The notes under the pieces are model-generated. The model was not told the origin of the DNA. It made no database searches and worked only from the letters and a program-made list of their open reading frames with translations. Positions 1 to 9,044 of a DNA stretch of 31,243 nucleotides are shown here, in pieces. A program made the translations under genes and the position numbers. Position 1 is the stretch's first letter; each line of letters starts with the position of its first letter. This DNA comes from Vulcanimicrobiaceae bacterium (GTDB lineage Bacteria > Vulcanimicrobiota > Vulcanimicrobiia > Vulcanimicrobiales > Vulcanimicrobiaceae), in the NCBI GenBank assembly GCA_046262595.1, contig JBHEMM010000017.1, forward strand, positions 16,438-47,680, written 5' to 3'.

Positions 1-371
1 CAGTTGTAGCAATGCGGAACGCCGATGCGCGCGAACAAGAGGCGCAGGTAGTCGTAGATTTCCGTCACCGTTCCAACGGTCGAGCGCGGATTGCGCGACG
101 TCGATTTTTGGTCGATTGAAATGGCCGGTGAAAGGCCCTCGATGTAATCGACGTCGGGCTTTTCCATCTGGCCGAGAAATTGCCGGGCGTATGAGGACAG
201 CGATTCGACGTACCGGCGCTGGCCTTCGGCATAGATCGTATCAAAGGCAAGCGAGGACTTGCCCGAACCGGAGAGCCCGGTGATGACGATGAGCTTGTTA
301 CGCGGAAGCACGAGATCGAAGTTCTTGAGATTATGCTCGCGCGCGCCCTTGATGACAATCGAATCAAGCAT
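1..371 (-). CDS. uvrA: Excinuclease ABC subunit A, N-terminal part (runs off the window edge)
   Basis: Manual translation from ATG at 371 (not in the ORF track): [89 protein letters not shown], the canonical UvrA N-terminus with Walker A. Confidence 0.98.
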   Translation of the reverse strand, partial: MLDSIVIKGAREHNLKNFDLVLPRNKLIVITGLSGSGKSSLAFDTIYAEGQRRYVESLSSYARQFLGQMEKPDVDYIEGLSPAISIDQKSTSRNPRSTVGTVTEIYDYLRLLFARIGVPHCYN

Positions 372-406
372 GCTTGGTGTTCAACACCGTCCCGGGCTCA
401 AATGTT

Positions 407-1126
407 TCACGAGGAGCCGAGCAGATGAGCGGCGACCTGGCCGATGCGTTCGACCGTCACGTCCGGCACGGCGGCTCCCGGCGGCAGCGCGTCCGCTCGC
501 ACGTTGACCCAGATCGTGTACAGCCCCGCTTGCGCGGCGCCGGTGATGTCGCGGTCGTACCGGTCGCCGACCATCACGCTGTGGGCGGGCGCAACGCCCA
601 GACGCCGGCAAGCTTGCGCGAACAGCATCGGGTCCGGCTTGACCAAGCCTGTTTCGTCAGGCAGAAAAAGCGCGTCAAAGTATTCGGCAATCTGCAGGAC
701 CGCCAGTTTGTCGCGGTGCGTTTCGGAAAAGCCGTTCGTGACCAAGCCGATTTTTATTCCGCGCGCTTTGAGGCCGCGCAGGAGATCGAGTGCTCCGGGA
801 AACAGCTCGTAGCGTTTTTGGCGGTACGAGTAGTAGTTGCTTGCACTGGTTTGCGCGAGCGCGGGATCGCTCAAGCCGACCGCCCCGAGCGCGTTAGCCC
901 ACAGCGTTTCACGCAGATGCGTCATGCGCGTGCGCACTTGTTCGCCGCTCAAACGGTGCCAGAAGCCCTCCGCTTCGGCGATATAGGCCTTTTTGAGCGC
1001 CAGCGCGTCGATGCCGTGCTCGGCCGCAACTTCATGCGCAACGTCCTGCGCCGCCGTCGTAAACGCGAGGGTGTCGTCGTGAAGCGTGTCGTCCAGATCG
1101 AACAGTACCGCGCGAAACTCAGGCAT
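407..1126 (-). CDS. HAD-superfamily hydrolase (subfamily IA, YjjG/NanP-like)
   Basis: Motif I 'VLFDLDDTL', motif II 'LVTNG', motifs III/IV 'KPDP...[13 protein letters not shown]'. The start overlaps the upstream mannosidase stop (ATGCCTGA). Confidence 0.93.
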   Translation of the reverse strand: MPEFRAVLFDLDDTLHDDTLAFTTAAQDVAHEVAAEHGIDALALKKAYIAEAEGFWHRLSGEQVRTRMTHLRETLWANALGAVGLSDPALAQTSASNYYSYRQKRYELFPGALDLLRGLKARGIKIGLVTNGFSETHRDKLAVLQIAEYFDALFLPDETGLVKPDPMLFAQACRRLGVAPAHSVMVGDRYDRDITGAAQAGLYTIWVNVRADALPPGAAVPDVTVERIGQVAAHLLGSS

Positions 1127-3587
1127 GGGAAAACCGCACGCGAAACGATCGCAACGCGAACGGCTCGAGATCGAAAACGACGTACTCGTCCTCGATGGAA
1201 ACCGACCCCGCGCTTGCGCGTTCCAGCGCGTCCACGCTGCTTGCCCACGTCATGCGCGCGCCGCAGCGTAAACGCACGCGCGCGGCTTTCCCGTCGCATT
1301 CGCGGACGCGCACGATGGCGCCGTCGCCGTCCTGCGCGGGTTTGCACGCGGCGACCAGCACGGCATCGTTCCCCGTCGTAAACAAAGCAACGCGCGATTC
1401 TTGAGCGAACTGCAGCCAGCTGCGCTCGATTTCCCCGGTGTTTGCGCCGTTGAACGGCGCAAACGCGTACGAAAACGACTGCGCGCCCTCATCGGCGTGA
1501 GGATCGGGCCAACACGTGCCGCGCAGAAGCGAATGACCCAGGGTCACTCCGCCGCGCGGCAGCGCACGTGCATTCCATCCGTACGTGTCGAGCGCGAACA
1601 TCGCCACACCGGCACCGCCGTCTTCGCGCACGAGCGCATAGCGCTGCCCGGGAACTTCAAACTTCGCGCGCTCCTGCGCAGTTACGGCTCGCGCACTGCG
1701 CTCGATGATGCCGTGCGGCGCGCCATACGCGGCGCTTTGCGTTTGCACGGTAAACCAATTCTCAACGCGCAGCAGTTTGCGCCGCTCCTTCCAATGCACG
1801 TCCAGGCAAACGCGCAGAAACGGCTCGCCGGCATGAAGTACGACGCGCATGGCCGCCGGCGAGCGCCCGAGCAAGAATGTGACCACGAGCGCCCCATCGT
1901 CCACATGTGCGCCCTGCGGCTTCGCGGCGCGGACGTGCTTCCGATACGTGGGGTCGATGTTCCACGCTTCCCACTGCTTGGGCTTATCGCGGTAAAGCGC
2001 GAGCGCGTTGGCTTGCGCGCAAACGTTGCGGCCGCCCGCATGCGCCAGTTCGACAACCGTGCCGTCGGCGCGCACGCGCGCATGCAGCAGCCCGTTGTCG
2101 AACACGTATTCACCGCCGTCTTCGCGCGGCCCGGCAAGCGCCGGCCCAGAAGCGGCCGTCGCGCGCGGCAGCATCGCTTGCGCCGCGCCGATCACGCTTG
2201 CGGTAAGGTCTTCGGCGGCGGCATACTCCTGTGCAGCGTCTTCGTAGACCGGCGTAACGGACGTTCCGGGCAAGACGTCATGAAATTGATTGCGCAGCAC
2301 GATGTGCCAGGCAGCGTTCAAGCGCTCCACGAGCTGCGTAACCGTCACGCGCGGCGCATGAACGGCGACGCACCACGCCAATAACTCTTCGGCCTGCGCC
2401 AGCGCGCGTTCGCACAGCGCGTTGTGAGCCTTGATGCCGTGATGGGTCGTGTAGACGCCGCGGTGAAATTCCAAATAGAGCTCGTCCCGGTGTTCGGGAA
2501 GCCGGTCGCGCCGCTCGCGCAGCTCCAGAAACCACTGTGCGAGATCGATCCAGCGTCCCGAGCGCCGCGCATACGCCAACATCTCCGTGGTGACGCCGCC
2601 GCCGCCGTCTCCATAACCGATTGCCAGCGGTTCCCCGCGTTTCTTGGCGTTCGCAACGCGCCAGGGATAGGCCGGTCCGTCATAACCTTGCAGCAGCGCC
2701 GCGACCACGCCGCTGCCGTCCGGGCCGCGCCAAACGAACTGCGGATACGGAAACTTCGTCGTGTCGTTCCACTCGAGCTTCGTCGTCGCGAAATACGGTA
2801 TGCCCGCGTGCGCGAGCAGTTGCGGCAGTGTATTCGCGAAGCCGAACGTGTCGGGAAGCCACGCGATCTCGGGAGTTACGCCAAACTTTTCCTTGCAGTA
2901 CAGATAGCCGTAGAGCATCTGACGCAGCAGCGACTCGCCGGACGGTATGTTGCAGTCGCTCTCGACCCATAGCGCCGCCACGCCGGGGTCGAAGCGGCGG
3001 TTTGCAACGTGCGCACGAACGCGTGAAAACAGTTGCGGGTCCGTTTCTTCGACAAAGGCGTACAGTTGCGGCTGACTCTGAACGAAACGGAACGCCGCAT
3101 CGCGATCGAGCAAATCGCAGGCCGTTGCAAACGTCCGCTGTGCTTTGCGCCGGGTTTGCTCGTACGTCCACAGCCATGCGACGTCCAAGTGGCTGTGGCC
3201 GAACACCGGCATGCGGTCCGTAATGCTGTCTCCGCCGGCGGACGGCGCCGGCGTTGCGGCTGCAATCCCAAGCGTTTTCGAGGGCTCGCGATGCGAGCGC
3301 GCGTTGAGATACCACCACACAAGGCCGGGACCCGAGGGCAAGCCGTTTGTCGGCAGCGCCTGTAATTCCACTTCCACGCTAAGTTCGCGCTTGCGTTCGC
3401 ATGGCGCAAGCACAACTTCATGATGCTCGCGATCGAACGCTCCGGCAGCATCCCCGTCCACGCGCAGGAGCGCGCCCAGATCGGTTCTGTAGCGGATGCA
3501 CACCGGCTGGGTTTGCGGCGGCAGGACGCCTTGCAGAAACGCCAGCGATGCATCGCGGCTGCGTTCGTTCAAATGAAGGAGCGTCAC
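1119..3587 (-). CDS. Glycoside hydrolase family 38 alpha-mannosidase
   Basis: 'GHSHLDVAWLW' Zn motif, 'WLPDTFG' nucleophile motif, 'ELYLEFHRGVYTT', 'NQFHDVLPGTS'. Start placed at GTG 3587 (GTGA overlap with the doxX stop); ATG 3605 is an alternative. The ORF-track start at 3950 overlaps doxX and is too long. Confidence 0.93.
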   Translation of the reverse strand: MTLLHLNERSRDASLAFLQGVLPPQTQPVCIRYRTDLGALLRVDGDAAGAFDREHHEVVLAPCERKRELSVEVELQALPTNGLPSGPGLVWWYLNARSHREPSKTLGIAAATPAPSAGGDSITDRMPVFGHSHLDVAWLWTYEQTRRKAQRTFATACDLLDRDAAFRFVQSQPQLYAFVEETDPQLFSRVRAHVANRRFDPGVAALWVESDCNIPSGESLLRQMLYGYLYCKEKFGVTPEIAWLPDTFGFANTLPQLLAHAGIPYFATTKLEWNDTTKFPYPQFVWRGPDGSGVVAALLQGYDGPAYPWRVANAKKRGEPLAIGYGDGGGGVTTEMLAYARRSGRWIDLAQWFLELRERRDRLPEHRDELYLEFHRGVYTTHHGIKAHNALCERALAQAEELLAWCVAVHAPRVTVTQLVERLNAAWHIVLRNQFHDVLPGTSVTPVYEDAAQEYAAAEDLTASVIGAAQAMLPRATAASGPALAGPREDGGEYVFDNGLLHARVRADGTVVELAHAGGRNVCAQANALALYRDKPKQWEAWNIDPTYRKHVRAAKPQGAHVDDGALVVTFLLGRSPAAMRVVLHAGEPFLRVCLDVHWKERRKLLRVENWFTVQTQSAAYGAPHGIIERSARAVTAQERAKFEVPGQRYALVREDGGAGVAMFALDTYGWNARALPRGGVTLGHSLLRGTCWPDPHADEGAQSFSYAFAPFNGANTGEIERSWLQFAQESRVALFTTGNDAVLVAACKPAQDGDGAIVRVRECDGKAARVRLRCGARMTWASSVDALERASAGSVSIEDEYVVFDLEPFALRSFRVRFSHA

Positions 3588-3937
3588 CTCGTCCACCACA
3601 CCCATACGATCAGCACGCCCTGCAGCGGCAAACGGGCGTAAAGCAGCGCAGGCGAAGCGACCCCGGCATACAACTGCGGATGCAGCGCCATCTGCAGGTT
3701 CGCCGGAAACACCGCGATAAGCAGCGCAACAAGGCAGAGGGCAGCGTACCACCGCAGTGCCGGAACGAGCATGCCGATGCCGCCGGCGATCTCCGCGGCG
3801 CCGCTGATCTGCACGAGCAGCGCGTGCGCCGGCAGCCAAGGCGGCATGATGCGGACGTACGCGGCGGGATGCCAAAAGTGGTTGGCACCGGCTGCGATAA
3901 AGAAGACGGCGAGCGCGAGGAGCGAGAGCAGTTTCAC
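3584..3937 (-). CDS. DoxX-like small membrane protein
   Basis: 117 aa hydrophobic protein with 'AGANHF...YVRIMPPWLP...ISGAAEIAGGIG...AVFPANLQMA...ARLPLQ', typical of the DoxX-like family. Confidence 0.85.
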   Translation of the reverse strand: MKLLSLLALAVFFIAAGANHFWHPAAYVRIMPPWLPAHALLVQISGAAEIAGGIGMLVPALRWYAALCLVALLIAVFPANLQMALHPQLYAGVASPALLYARLPLQGVLIVWVWWTR

Positions 3938-3962
3938 TGTTTGGGCGCACGAAGCCGGCGCG

Positions 3963-6008
3963 TCAATTGCCTACGAGCTCTTTGAGGGCGTGTTGGAAGA
4001 TTTTGGGCGCCTTGCCCTGGAAGAGCAGCGATTCGTTGCCGCCGATGTGTTTGCGCAGGTCGATGAGCTCGTCGCGAAGTGCCGCCGCTTTCTCGAACTC
4101 TAAGTTTGCAGCGTAGTCGCGCATCTTCTTTTCGATGTCCGCGGCCATGCGGATCGCGACCTCGCGCGGGAGCTTCTCGCGGCGGATGTCGGCTTGCGCC
4201 TCTTCCGTCGCACCGATCATCGTGAGAATATCGCGCACTTCTTTGCGGATGCTGCGCGGCTCGATGTGGTGTTCGGTGTTGTAGGCGATTTGACGGTCGC
4301 GGCGGCGCTTGGTTTCGCCTAAGGCGCGCGCCATGGATTCGGTCACCACGTCCGCATACATGATCACGCGGCCTTCGACGTGGCGGGCTGCGCGTCCGAT
4401 CGTCTGAATGAGCGACGTGCCGCTGCGCAGATAGCCTTCTTTGTCGGCGTCCAGAATGCCGACGAGCGAGACCTCCGGAAGGTCCAGTCCCTCGCGCAGC
4501 AGATTGATACCGACCAGAACGTCGAACACCCCCAAGCGCAGGTCCCGCAAAATCGCCACGCGTTCGAGCGTGTCCACTTCGCTGTGCAGATAGCGCACTT
4601 TGAAGTTCATCTCCATCAAATAGTCGGTGAGATCTTCCGCCATCTTTTTCGTGAGCGTCGTTACCAGAACGCGCTCTTTTTTTTCAACGCGCTGCCGGAT
4701 CTCTTCCATCAGATCGTCAACCTGATTGCGCGTCGGCCGCACGTCCACTTCGGGGTCCACCAAACCCGTCGGACGGATGATCATCTCGGCCACCTGCGCA
4801 CTGCGGCCCATCTCGTACGTGCCGGGCGTCGCGGAAACGTACACGATTTGGTTAACGTGATCTTCGAACTCGTCGTACGTGAGCGGCCGGTTGTCAAGCG
4901 CGCTCGGAAGCCGGAAGCCGTGCTCCACGAGGGAGAGTTTGCGCGAGCGGTCCCCGCCGTACATCCCGTGCACCTGCGGCAGCGTCACGTGCGACTCATC
5001 GATGAAGACGAGCCAGTCTTTCGGAAAGAAATCGAGCAGACACCACGGCGTCGAGCCCGGTTCGCGGCCGGTCAAGTGGCGCGAATAGTTTTCAATGCCG
5101 TTGCAGTAACCCACTTCGCGCAGCATGTCCAGGTCGTACCGCGTGCGCATCTCCAGCCGCTGCGCTTCGAGCAGCTTGCCGTTCTCTTTGAAGTATTTCA
5201 GGCGCTCCTCGAGCTCGGCTTCGATGGAGACGACGGCACGGCGCAGCTTCTCGTCCGGCGTGATAAAGTGCTTCGCGGGAAAAATGAGCAGCTCGTCTTT
5301 GCTTGCGACGTATTCGCCCGTCAAAATGTTTACCACGTTAATAGCATCGATCTGGTCGCCGAAAAATTCGATGCGGTGGATCAGTTCCTCGTCGACGCCC
5401 ATAAACTCTAACGTGTCGCCGCGCACGCGGAACGTGCCGCGCACCATGTTCAAGTCGTTGCGCCGGTACTGCATGTCCACGAGCTTGCGCAGCAGCGCGT
5501 CCCGGTCGATCTCTTCGCCGAGGCTCAGTTTGACCGACATATCCACGTAGTCGGAGGGTGAGCCCAAGCCGTAGATGCACGAAATGGAAGCAACGATCAG
5601 CGTGTCGCGGCGCGTGATGAGCGATTGCGTCGCCGAGTGGCGCAGCCGTTCGATCTCTTCATTGATCGAACTGTCCTTTTCGATGTACGTGTCCGTATGC
5701 GCGATATATGCTTCGGGCTGATAGTAGTCGAAGTAGGAGACGAAGTACTCGATGGCGTTTTCCGGAAAAAAGTCGCGGAACTCCGCGCACAGCTGCGCGC
5801 CCAGCGTTTTATTGTGGCAAAGCACGAGCGTCGGCTTCTGCACCAGTTCGACGACGCGCGCCATCGCAAGCGTCTTTCCGCTGCCCGTCACGCCGAGAAG
5901 CGTCTGCGCGCGATCGCCGCGTTCGACGCCCTGCGCCAAGGCCTGCGTGGCCGCGGGCTGGTCTCCCGCGAGCTGATAAGGCGATACGAGTTTGAACTTA
6001 TGGGCCAT
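3963..6008 (-). CDS. uvrB: Excinuclease ABC subunit B
   Basis: 'GDQP', '[10 protein letters not shown]', '[13 protein letters not shown]', 'DESHVT', '[17 protein letters not shown]', 'QTIGRAAR' and a C-terminal UVR domain. Start ATG 6008 ([11 protein letters not shown]); ATG 6026 is an alternative. Confidence 0.98.
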   Translation of the reverse strand: MAHKFKLVSPYQLAGDQPAATQALAQGVERGDRAQTLLGVTGSGKTLAMARVVELVQKPTLVLCHNKTLGAQLCAEFRDFFPENAIEYFVSYFDYYQPEAYIAHTDTYIEKDSSINEEIERLRHSATQSLITRRDTLIVASISCIYGLGSPSDYVDMSVKLSLGEEIDRDALLRKLVDMQYRRNDLNMVRGTFRVRGDTLEFMGVDEELIHRIEFFGDQIDAINVVNILTGEYVASKDELLIFPAKHFITPDEKLRRAVVSIEAELEERLKYFKENGKLLEAQRLEMRTRYDLDMLREVGYCNGIENYSRHLTGREPGSTPWCLLDFFPKDWLVFIDESHVTLPQVHGMYGGDRSRKLSLVEHGFRLPSALDNRPLTYDEFEDHVNQIVYVSATPGTYEMGRSAQVAEMIIRPTGLVDPEVDVRPTRNQVDDLMEEIRQRVEKKERVLVTTLTKKMAEDLTDYLMEMNFKVRYLHSEVDTLERVAILRDLRLGVFDVLVGINLLREGLDLPEVSLVGILDADKEGYLRSGTSLIQTIGRAARHVEGRVIMYADVVTESMARALGETKRRRDRQIAYNTEHHIEPRSIRKEVRDILTMIGATEEAQADIRREKLPREVAIRMAADIEKKMRDYAANLEFEKAAALRDELIDLRKHIGGNESLLFQGKAPKIFQHALKELVGN

Positions 6009-6077
6009 AGAGTAGGGTTGAGGCATTGGGCGCGGAAACCAGGACTTCCGCCTGCTTACACCTCGGAGAATCCCCTC

Positions 6078-7100
6078 TTGAGCCACAACCCACTCCTCTT
6101 TAGCGGTAATTCGAATCAAGTGCTGGCCGAGGAGATCGCCAAGCGCTTGAAGCTGCACGTGGGCAAGGCGCTGGTTTCGCGCTTTAAAAACGAAGAGACG
6201 CGCGTCCAAATCGGCGAGAACGTGCGCGGCTCGGAAGTGTTCGTCATCCAGTCCATCTGCAAGTCGGCCAACGGCAACGGCGTGAACGACGCAATCATGG
6301 AGCTGCTGCTCATGATCGACGCGCTCAAGCGCGCGTCCGCCTCACGCATCACCGCCGTTGTCCCCTACTACGGATACGCCAAGCAAGATAAGAAAACGAC
6401 CGGCCGCGAGCCTATCTCGGCAAAAGTCTTAGCGGACATGCTGAAAACCGCCGGCGCAAACCGCATGGTCACGATGGATCTCCACGCGGCGCAGATTCAG
6501 GGGTTCTTCGACGGCCCCGTCGATAACCTCATGGCGATGCCGACGCTGTGCAACTATTTAAAGAAGGAAGGCCTTTGCGACGACCGGATCGTGGTCGTTT
6601 CGCCGGATGCGGGCGGCGTTCACCGGGCGGAACTCTTCGCCAAGCGCCTGAACTGCTCACTGGCGATCGTCTTCAAGCGCCGTCCCGAACCCGACGTGTC
6701 CGAGGTGACCGACATCGTGGGCGACGTGAAAGGCAAAATTGCGGTCGTCGTCGATGATATGATTTCGACCGGCGGTACGCTCGCGAAAGCCGCCGAAGCG
6801 ATCATTGCGCGCGGGGCTTCTCAGGTGTACACCGTCGCCTCGCACGGCATCTTTGCCGGCAATGCGATCCGCGTTCTGGACGAATCGCAGATCGAACGCG
6901 TCGTCGTGACGAACACGATTCCGTTCGCCGACGCACTCGAACACCCGAAGTTCGTGCAATTGTCCGTAGCGCAAACGTTCGCCGATGCCATCAACCGCAT
7001 CACCACCAACCGGTCCATCTCCGAACTGTTCACCGAAGATGGCGAAAAAAAAATGAATGAAATACCGCACGCGGTTCCCGAACCTGCGGCGGTTTCTTAA
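6078..7100 (+). CDS. prs: Ribose-phosphate pyrophosphokinase
   Basis: 'LFSGNSN..LAEEIA', '[11 protein letters not shown]', '[12 protein letters not shown]', 'VSPDAGG', 'DDMISTGGT'. TTG start at 6078 with GGAG at 6065-6068. Confidence 0.97.
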   Translation: MSHNPLLFSGNSNQVLAEEIAKRLKLHVGKALVSRFKNEETRVQIGENVRGSEVFVIQSICKSANGNGVNDAIMELLLMIDALKRASASRITAVVPYYGYAKQDKKTTGREPISAKVLADMLKTAGANRMVTMDLHAAQIQGFFDGPVDNLMAMPTLCNYLKKEGLCDDRIVVVSPDAGGVHRAELFAKRLNCSLAIVFKRRPEPDVSEVTDIVGDVKGKIAVVVDDMISTGGTLAKAAEAIIARGASQVYTVASHGIFAGNAIRVLDESQIERVVVTNTIPFADALEHPKFVQLSVAQTFADAINRITTNRSISELFTEDGEKKMNEIPHAVPEPAAVS

Positions 7101-7110
7101 AAGGAAACGT

Positions 7111-7761
7111 ATGGCCAATCAATTATCGCTCACCATCGAACGCCGCGAGAGCGCGGGCACGGGTAAAGCACGCGCTTTGCGCGGCGCAGGCAAAGTACCC
7201 GGTGTGCTCTACGGGCACGGTTCGAGCGAGGCGATCGCCATCGAACGCCGCGCGCTCGACGAACTGCTGCACCGCGGCGGACGCACGGGTCTTATCCAGC
7301 TCTCACTGGGCGGAAAGAAGCTCGACACCGCGCTCGTGCGCGAAGTGCAGATCGATCCCGTTTCGCGCAAAACGATTCACATCGACTTCCAGCGCGTCTC
7401 CGCCACCGAAATGGTACATGCGCGCCTGCCGCTGACCATGATCGGCGTTCCCGACGGCGTGCGCAACATGGGCGGCGTCATGGATGTGATCGTTCACGAG
7501 ATCGAGGTCGAAGGCCCGGCGAACAAATTGCCCGAGCGGTTGGAAATCGATGTAGAGAATTTAGGCATCCACGAACATGTGAACGCGGGCGACATCAAAC
7601 TGCCTGAGGGCATAAAACTGCTCACGAACCCCGAAGCGACAGTCGTCACCGTCGAGCCTTCGAAGACCGCGCACGCCGTCGAAGAAGCGGCCGCCGGAGC
7701 CGCGGAACAGGCGCAGCCGGAACTGGTCGGCAAGCCGGAAGCAGAAACGAACGCGCCGTAG
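7111..7761 (+). CDS. rplY: 50S ribosomal protein L25 / general stress protein Ctc
   Basis: 'GKVPGVLYG', 'REVQIDPVSRKTIHIDFQ' and a long Ctc-type C-terminus. AAGGA SD before ATG 7111; conserved prs-rplY-pth order. Confidence 0.96.
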   Translation: MANQLSLTIERRESAGTGKARALRGAGKVPGVLYGHGSSEAIAIERRALDELLHRGGRTGLIQLSLGGKKLDTALVREVQIDPVSRKTIHIDFQRVSATEMVHARLPLTMIGVPDGVRNMGGVMDVIVHEIEVEGPANKLPERLEIDVENLGIHEHVNAGDIKLPEGIKLLTNPEATVVTVEPSKTAHAVEEAAAGAAEQAQPELVGKPEAETNAP

Positions 7762-7775
7762 CTTTTGCAGCCAAA

Positions 7776-7802
7776 GAGGCCGCAAAGATCGTTTGCGGCC
7801 TC
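7776..7802 (+). promoter_or_regulatory. Perfect 11-bp stem hairpin covering the pth translation initiation region
   Basis: GAGGCCGCAAA-GATCG-TTTGCGGCCTC. No 3' U-tract. Confidence 0.55.
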
Positions 7803-8357
7803 GGAAACCCCGGAAAAGAATACGCGATGACGCGGCACAACGCCGGCTTCATGGCCGTCGACCGCCTGGCGGAGCGCCTGCACATCGAGCAATGGAAAAA
7901 GAAAGACGGCGCGCGGCAGGCGTATGATGCGCAGCGCAAAGTCGCTCTGGTCGAACCGCAAACGTTCATGAATAACAGCGGCGCGCCGCTGCGGATCGTG
8001 GCTTCTTGGTATCGCACGCAGCCCGGTTCGCTGCTCGTGATTTACGACGAGATGGATCTGCCGTTCGGCACGATCCGCATGCGCCCGTTGGGCGGGCATG
8101 GCGGGCATAACGGCATGCGGTCCGTGATCGCCGCCATGACCGGCGACTTTGCGCGCCTCCGCATCGGCGTGGGACGGCCGGTGCGCGAGAGCATCGACCA
8201 CGTGCTCAGTCCATTCACTGCCCCGGAGCGGCGCGATCTTCCGGCCGTGCTGGACGCCGCCGCCGAAACTGCCGTGCGTTGGATCGACTCGGGGCCCGAG
8301 GCCGCGATGCAGTTTGCAAACACCTGGACGTTAGAAATGCCGCAAAACGGTCGATAA
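7788..8357 (+). CDS. pth: Peptidyl-tRNA hydrolase (start codon uncertain)
   Basis: 'IVCGLGNPGKEYAMTRHNAGF', 'PQTFMNNSG', 'YDEMDLPFG', 'GGHNGMRS', 'RLRIGVGRP'. The conserved GLGNPG lies upstream of the first ATG (7827), so the start is tentatively set at ATC 7788. Confidence 0.93.
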   Translation: MVCGLGNPGKEYAMTRHNAGFMAVDRLAERLHIEQWKKKDGARQAYDAQRKVALVEPQTFMNNSGAPLRIVASWYRTQPGSLLVIYDEMDLPFGTIRMRPLGGHGGHNGMRSVIAAMTGDFARLRIGVGRPVRESIDHVLSPFTAPERRDLPAVLDAAAETAVRWIDSGPEAAMQFANTWTLEMPQNGR

Positions 8358-8366
8358 GAACGACAA

Positions 8367-9044
8367 ATGGAAGCGTTCGGCGGGAAATCATTCGTTGTGC
8401 GCGTCGACGAAGCCACTGCCTTCGCCGCGAAAACCACGTTTTTCGAGGACCTGGCCATCCTGTGCGCTCAGGGCGTCGCGCCCATCGTTATTGCGCCGTC
8501 CGCGCGTGCCGGGCGCGCACTCGTGCGCACGATCAACCGCAGCGGTAACCGCGCCGTCGGCCTTTCCGGCTCCGATGCCGGGATGCTGCCCGGCACGAAA
8601 TCCGGCATCGCAAACGTTCAAACGGGTATTCTGCAAACGCTCAGCGGCGCCGGCTATATTCCGGTGATCGAGCCGACGGCGTTCATCGCTTTCGGCAAGA
8701 GCGATCTTAGCGTCGCCGCCGATGAAGTCGCGCGCGCTGTCGCCGCGGCGACCGATGCGGTGCGCGCGATCTTTTTTCACGCGCTCGGCGGAGTTGCCGA
8801 TCCGCAGACCGAGGCGCTGATCACCGAGCTCACGCCGGCGGAAGCATTGACAATCGCCGACGACGAGCGCGTTCCCGCAGACCTGCGTACGGCGATTCGC
8901 GCCGCAGCGTTAGGGGTGCGCGGCGGCGTGGCTGCGGCGCAGATCGTCGACGGACGCGTTCCGCACGCCGCCGTCGTGGAGCTGCTCACCGCACACCATC
9001 TGGGCACGCAGGTCACGGGCGGCGTCTTTACCGGCGCCGCATAG
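8367..9044 (+). CDS. Acetylglutamate kinase (ArgB)-like amino-acid-kinase-family protein, degenerate active site
   Basis: Matches ArgB segments 'AVGLSGSD', 'GYIPVI', 'AD.VA', 'GGV..AQIVDGRVPHA...ELLT...GTQV' but lacks KxGG, HGGG and GGMxPK. Confidence 0.75.
   Translation: MEAFGGKSFVVRVDEATAFAAKTTFFEDLAILCAQGVAPIVIAPSARAGRALVRTINRSGNRAVGLSGSDAGMLPGTKSGIANVQTGILQTLSGAGYIPVIEPTAFIAFGKSDLSVAADEVARAVAAATDAVRAIFFHALGGVADPQTEALITELTPAEALTIADDERVPADLRTAIRAAALGVRGGVAAAQIVDGRVPHAAVVELLTAHHLGTQVTGGVFTGAA

Noticed and set aside
374..1381. Long antisense or alternate-frame ORFs (e.g. 374-1381, 1401-2384, 4380-5411, 13918-15228, 20990-21964)
   Set aside because: They are shadows of well-supported genes in a high-GC genome, Arg/Ala-rich and without motifs.
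4677..4684. T8 run (A8 on the uvrB strand), slippery-like
   Set aside because: It simply encodes EKK in an intact uvrB, and no stimulatory structure is evident.
6033..6052. Short GCGGAA...TTCCGC stem between uvrB and prs
   Set aside because: Only 6 bp, expected by chance at this GC content, and no riboswitch features.
5625..6209. Apparent long head-to-head overlap of uvrB and prs in the ORF track
   Set aside because: Homology begins at 6008 (uvrB) and 6078 (prs), leaving a normal 69-nt intergenic region.
7045..7053. A9 homopolymer near the prs 3' end as a possible Prs-L25 frameshift fusion
   Set aside because: Both shifted frames hit TGA within 1-3 codons, and the run lies after the conserved Prs end (SISELF).
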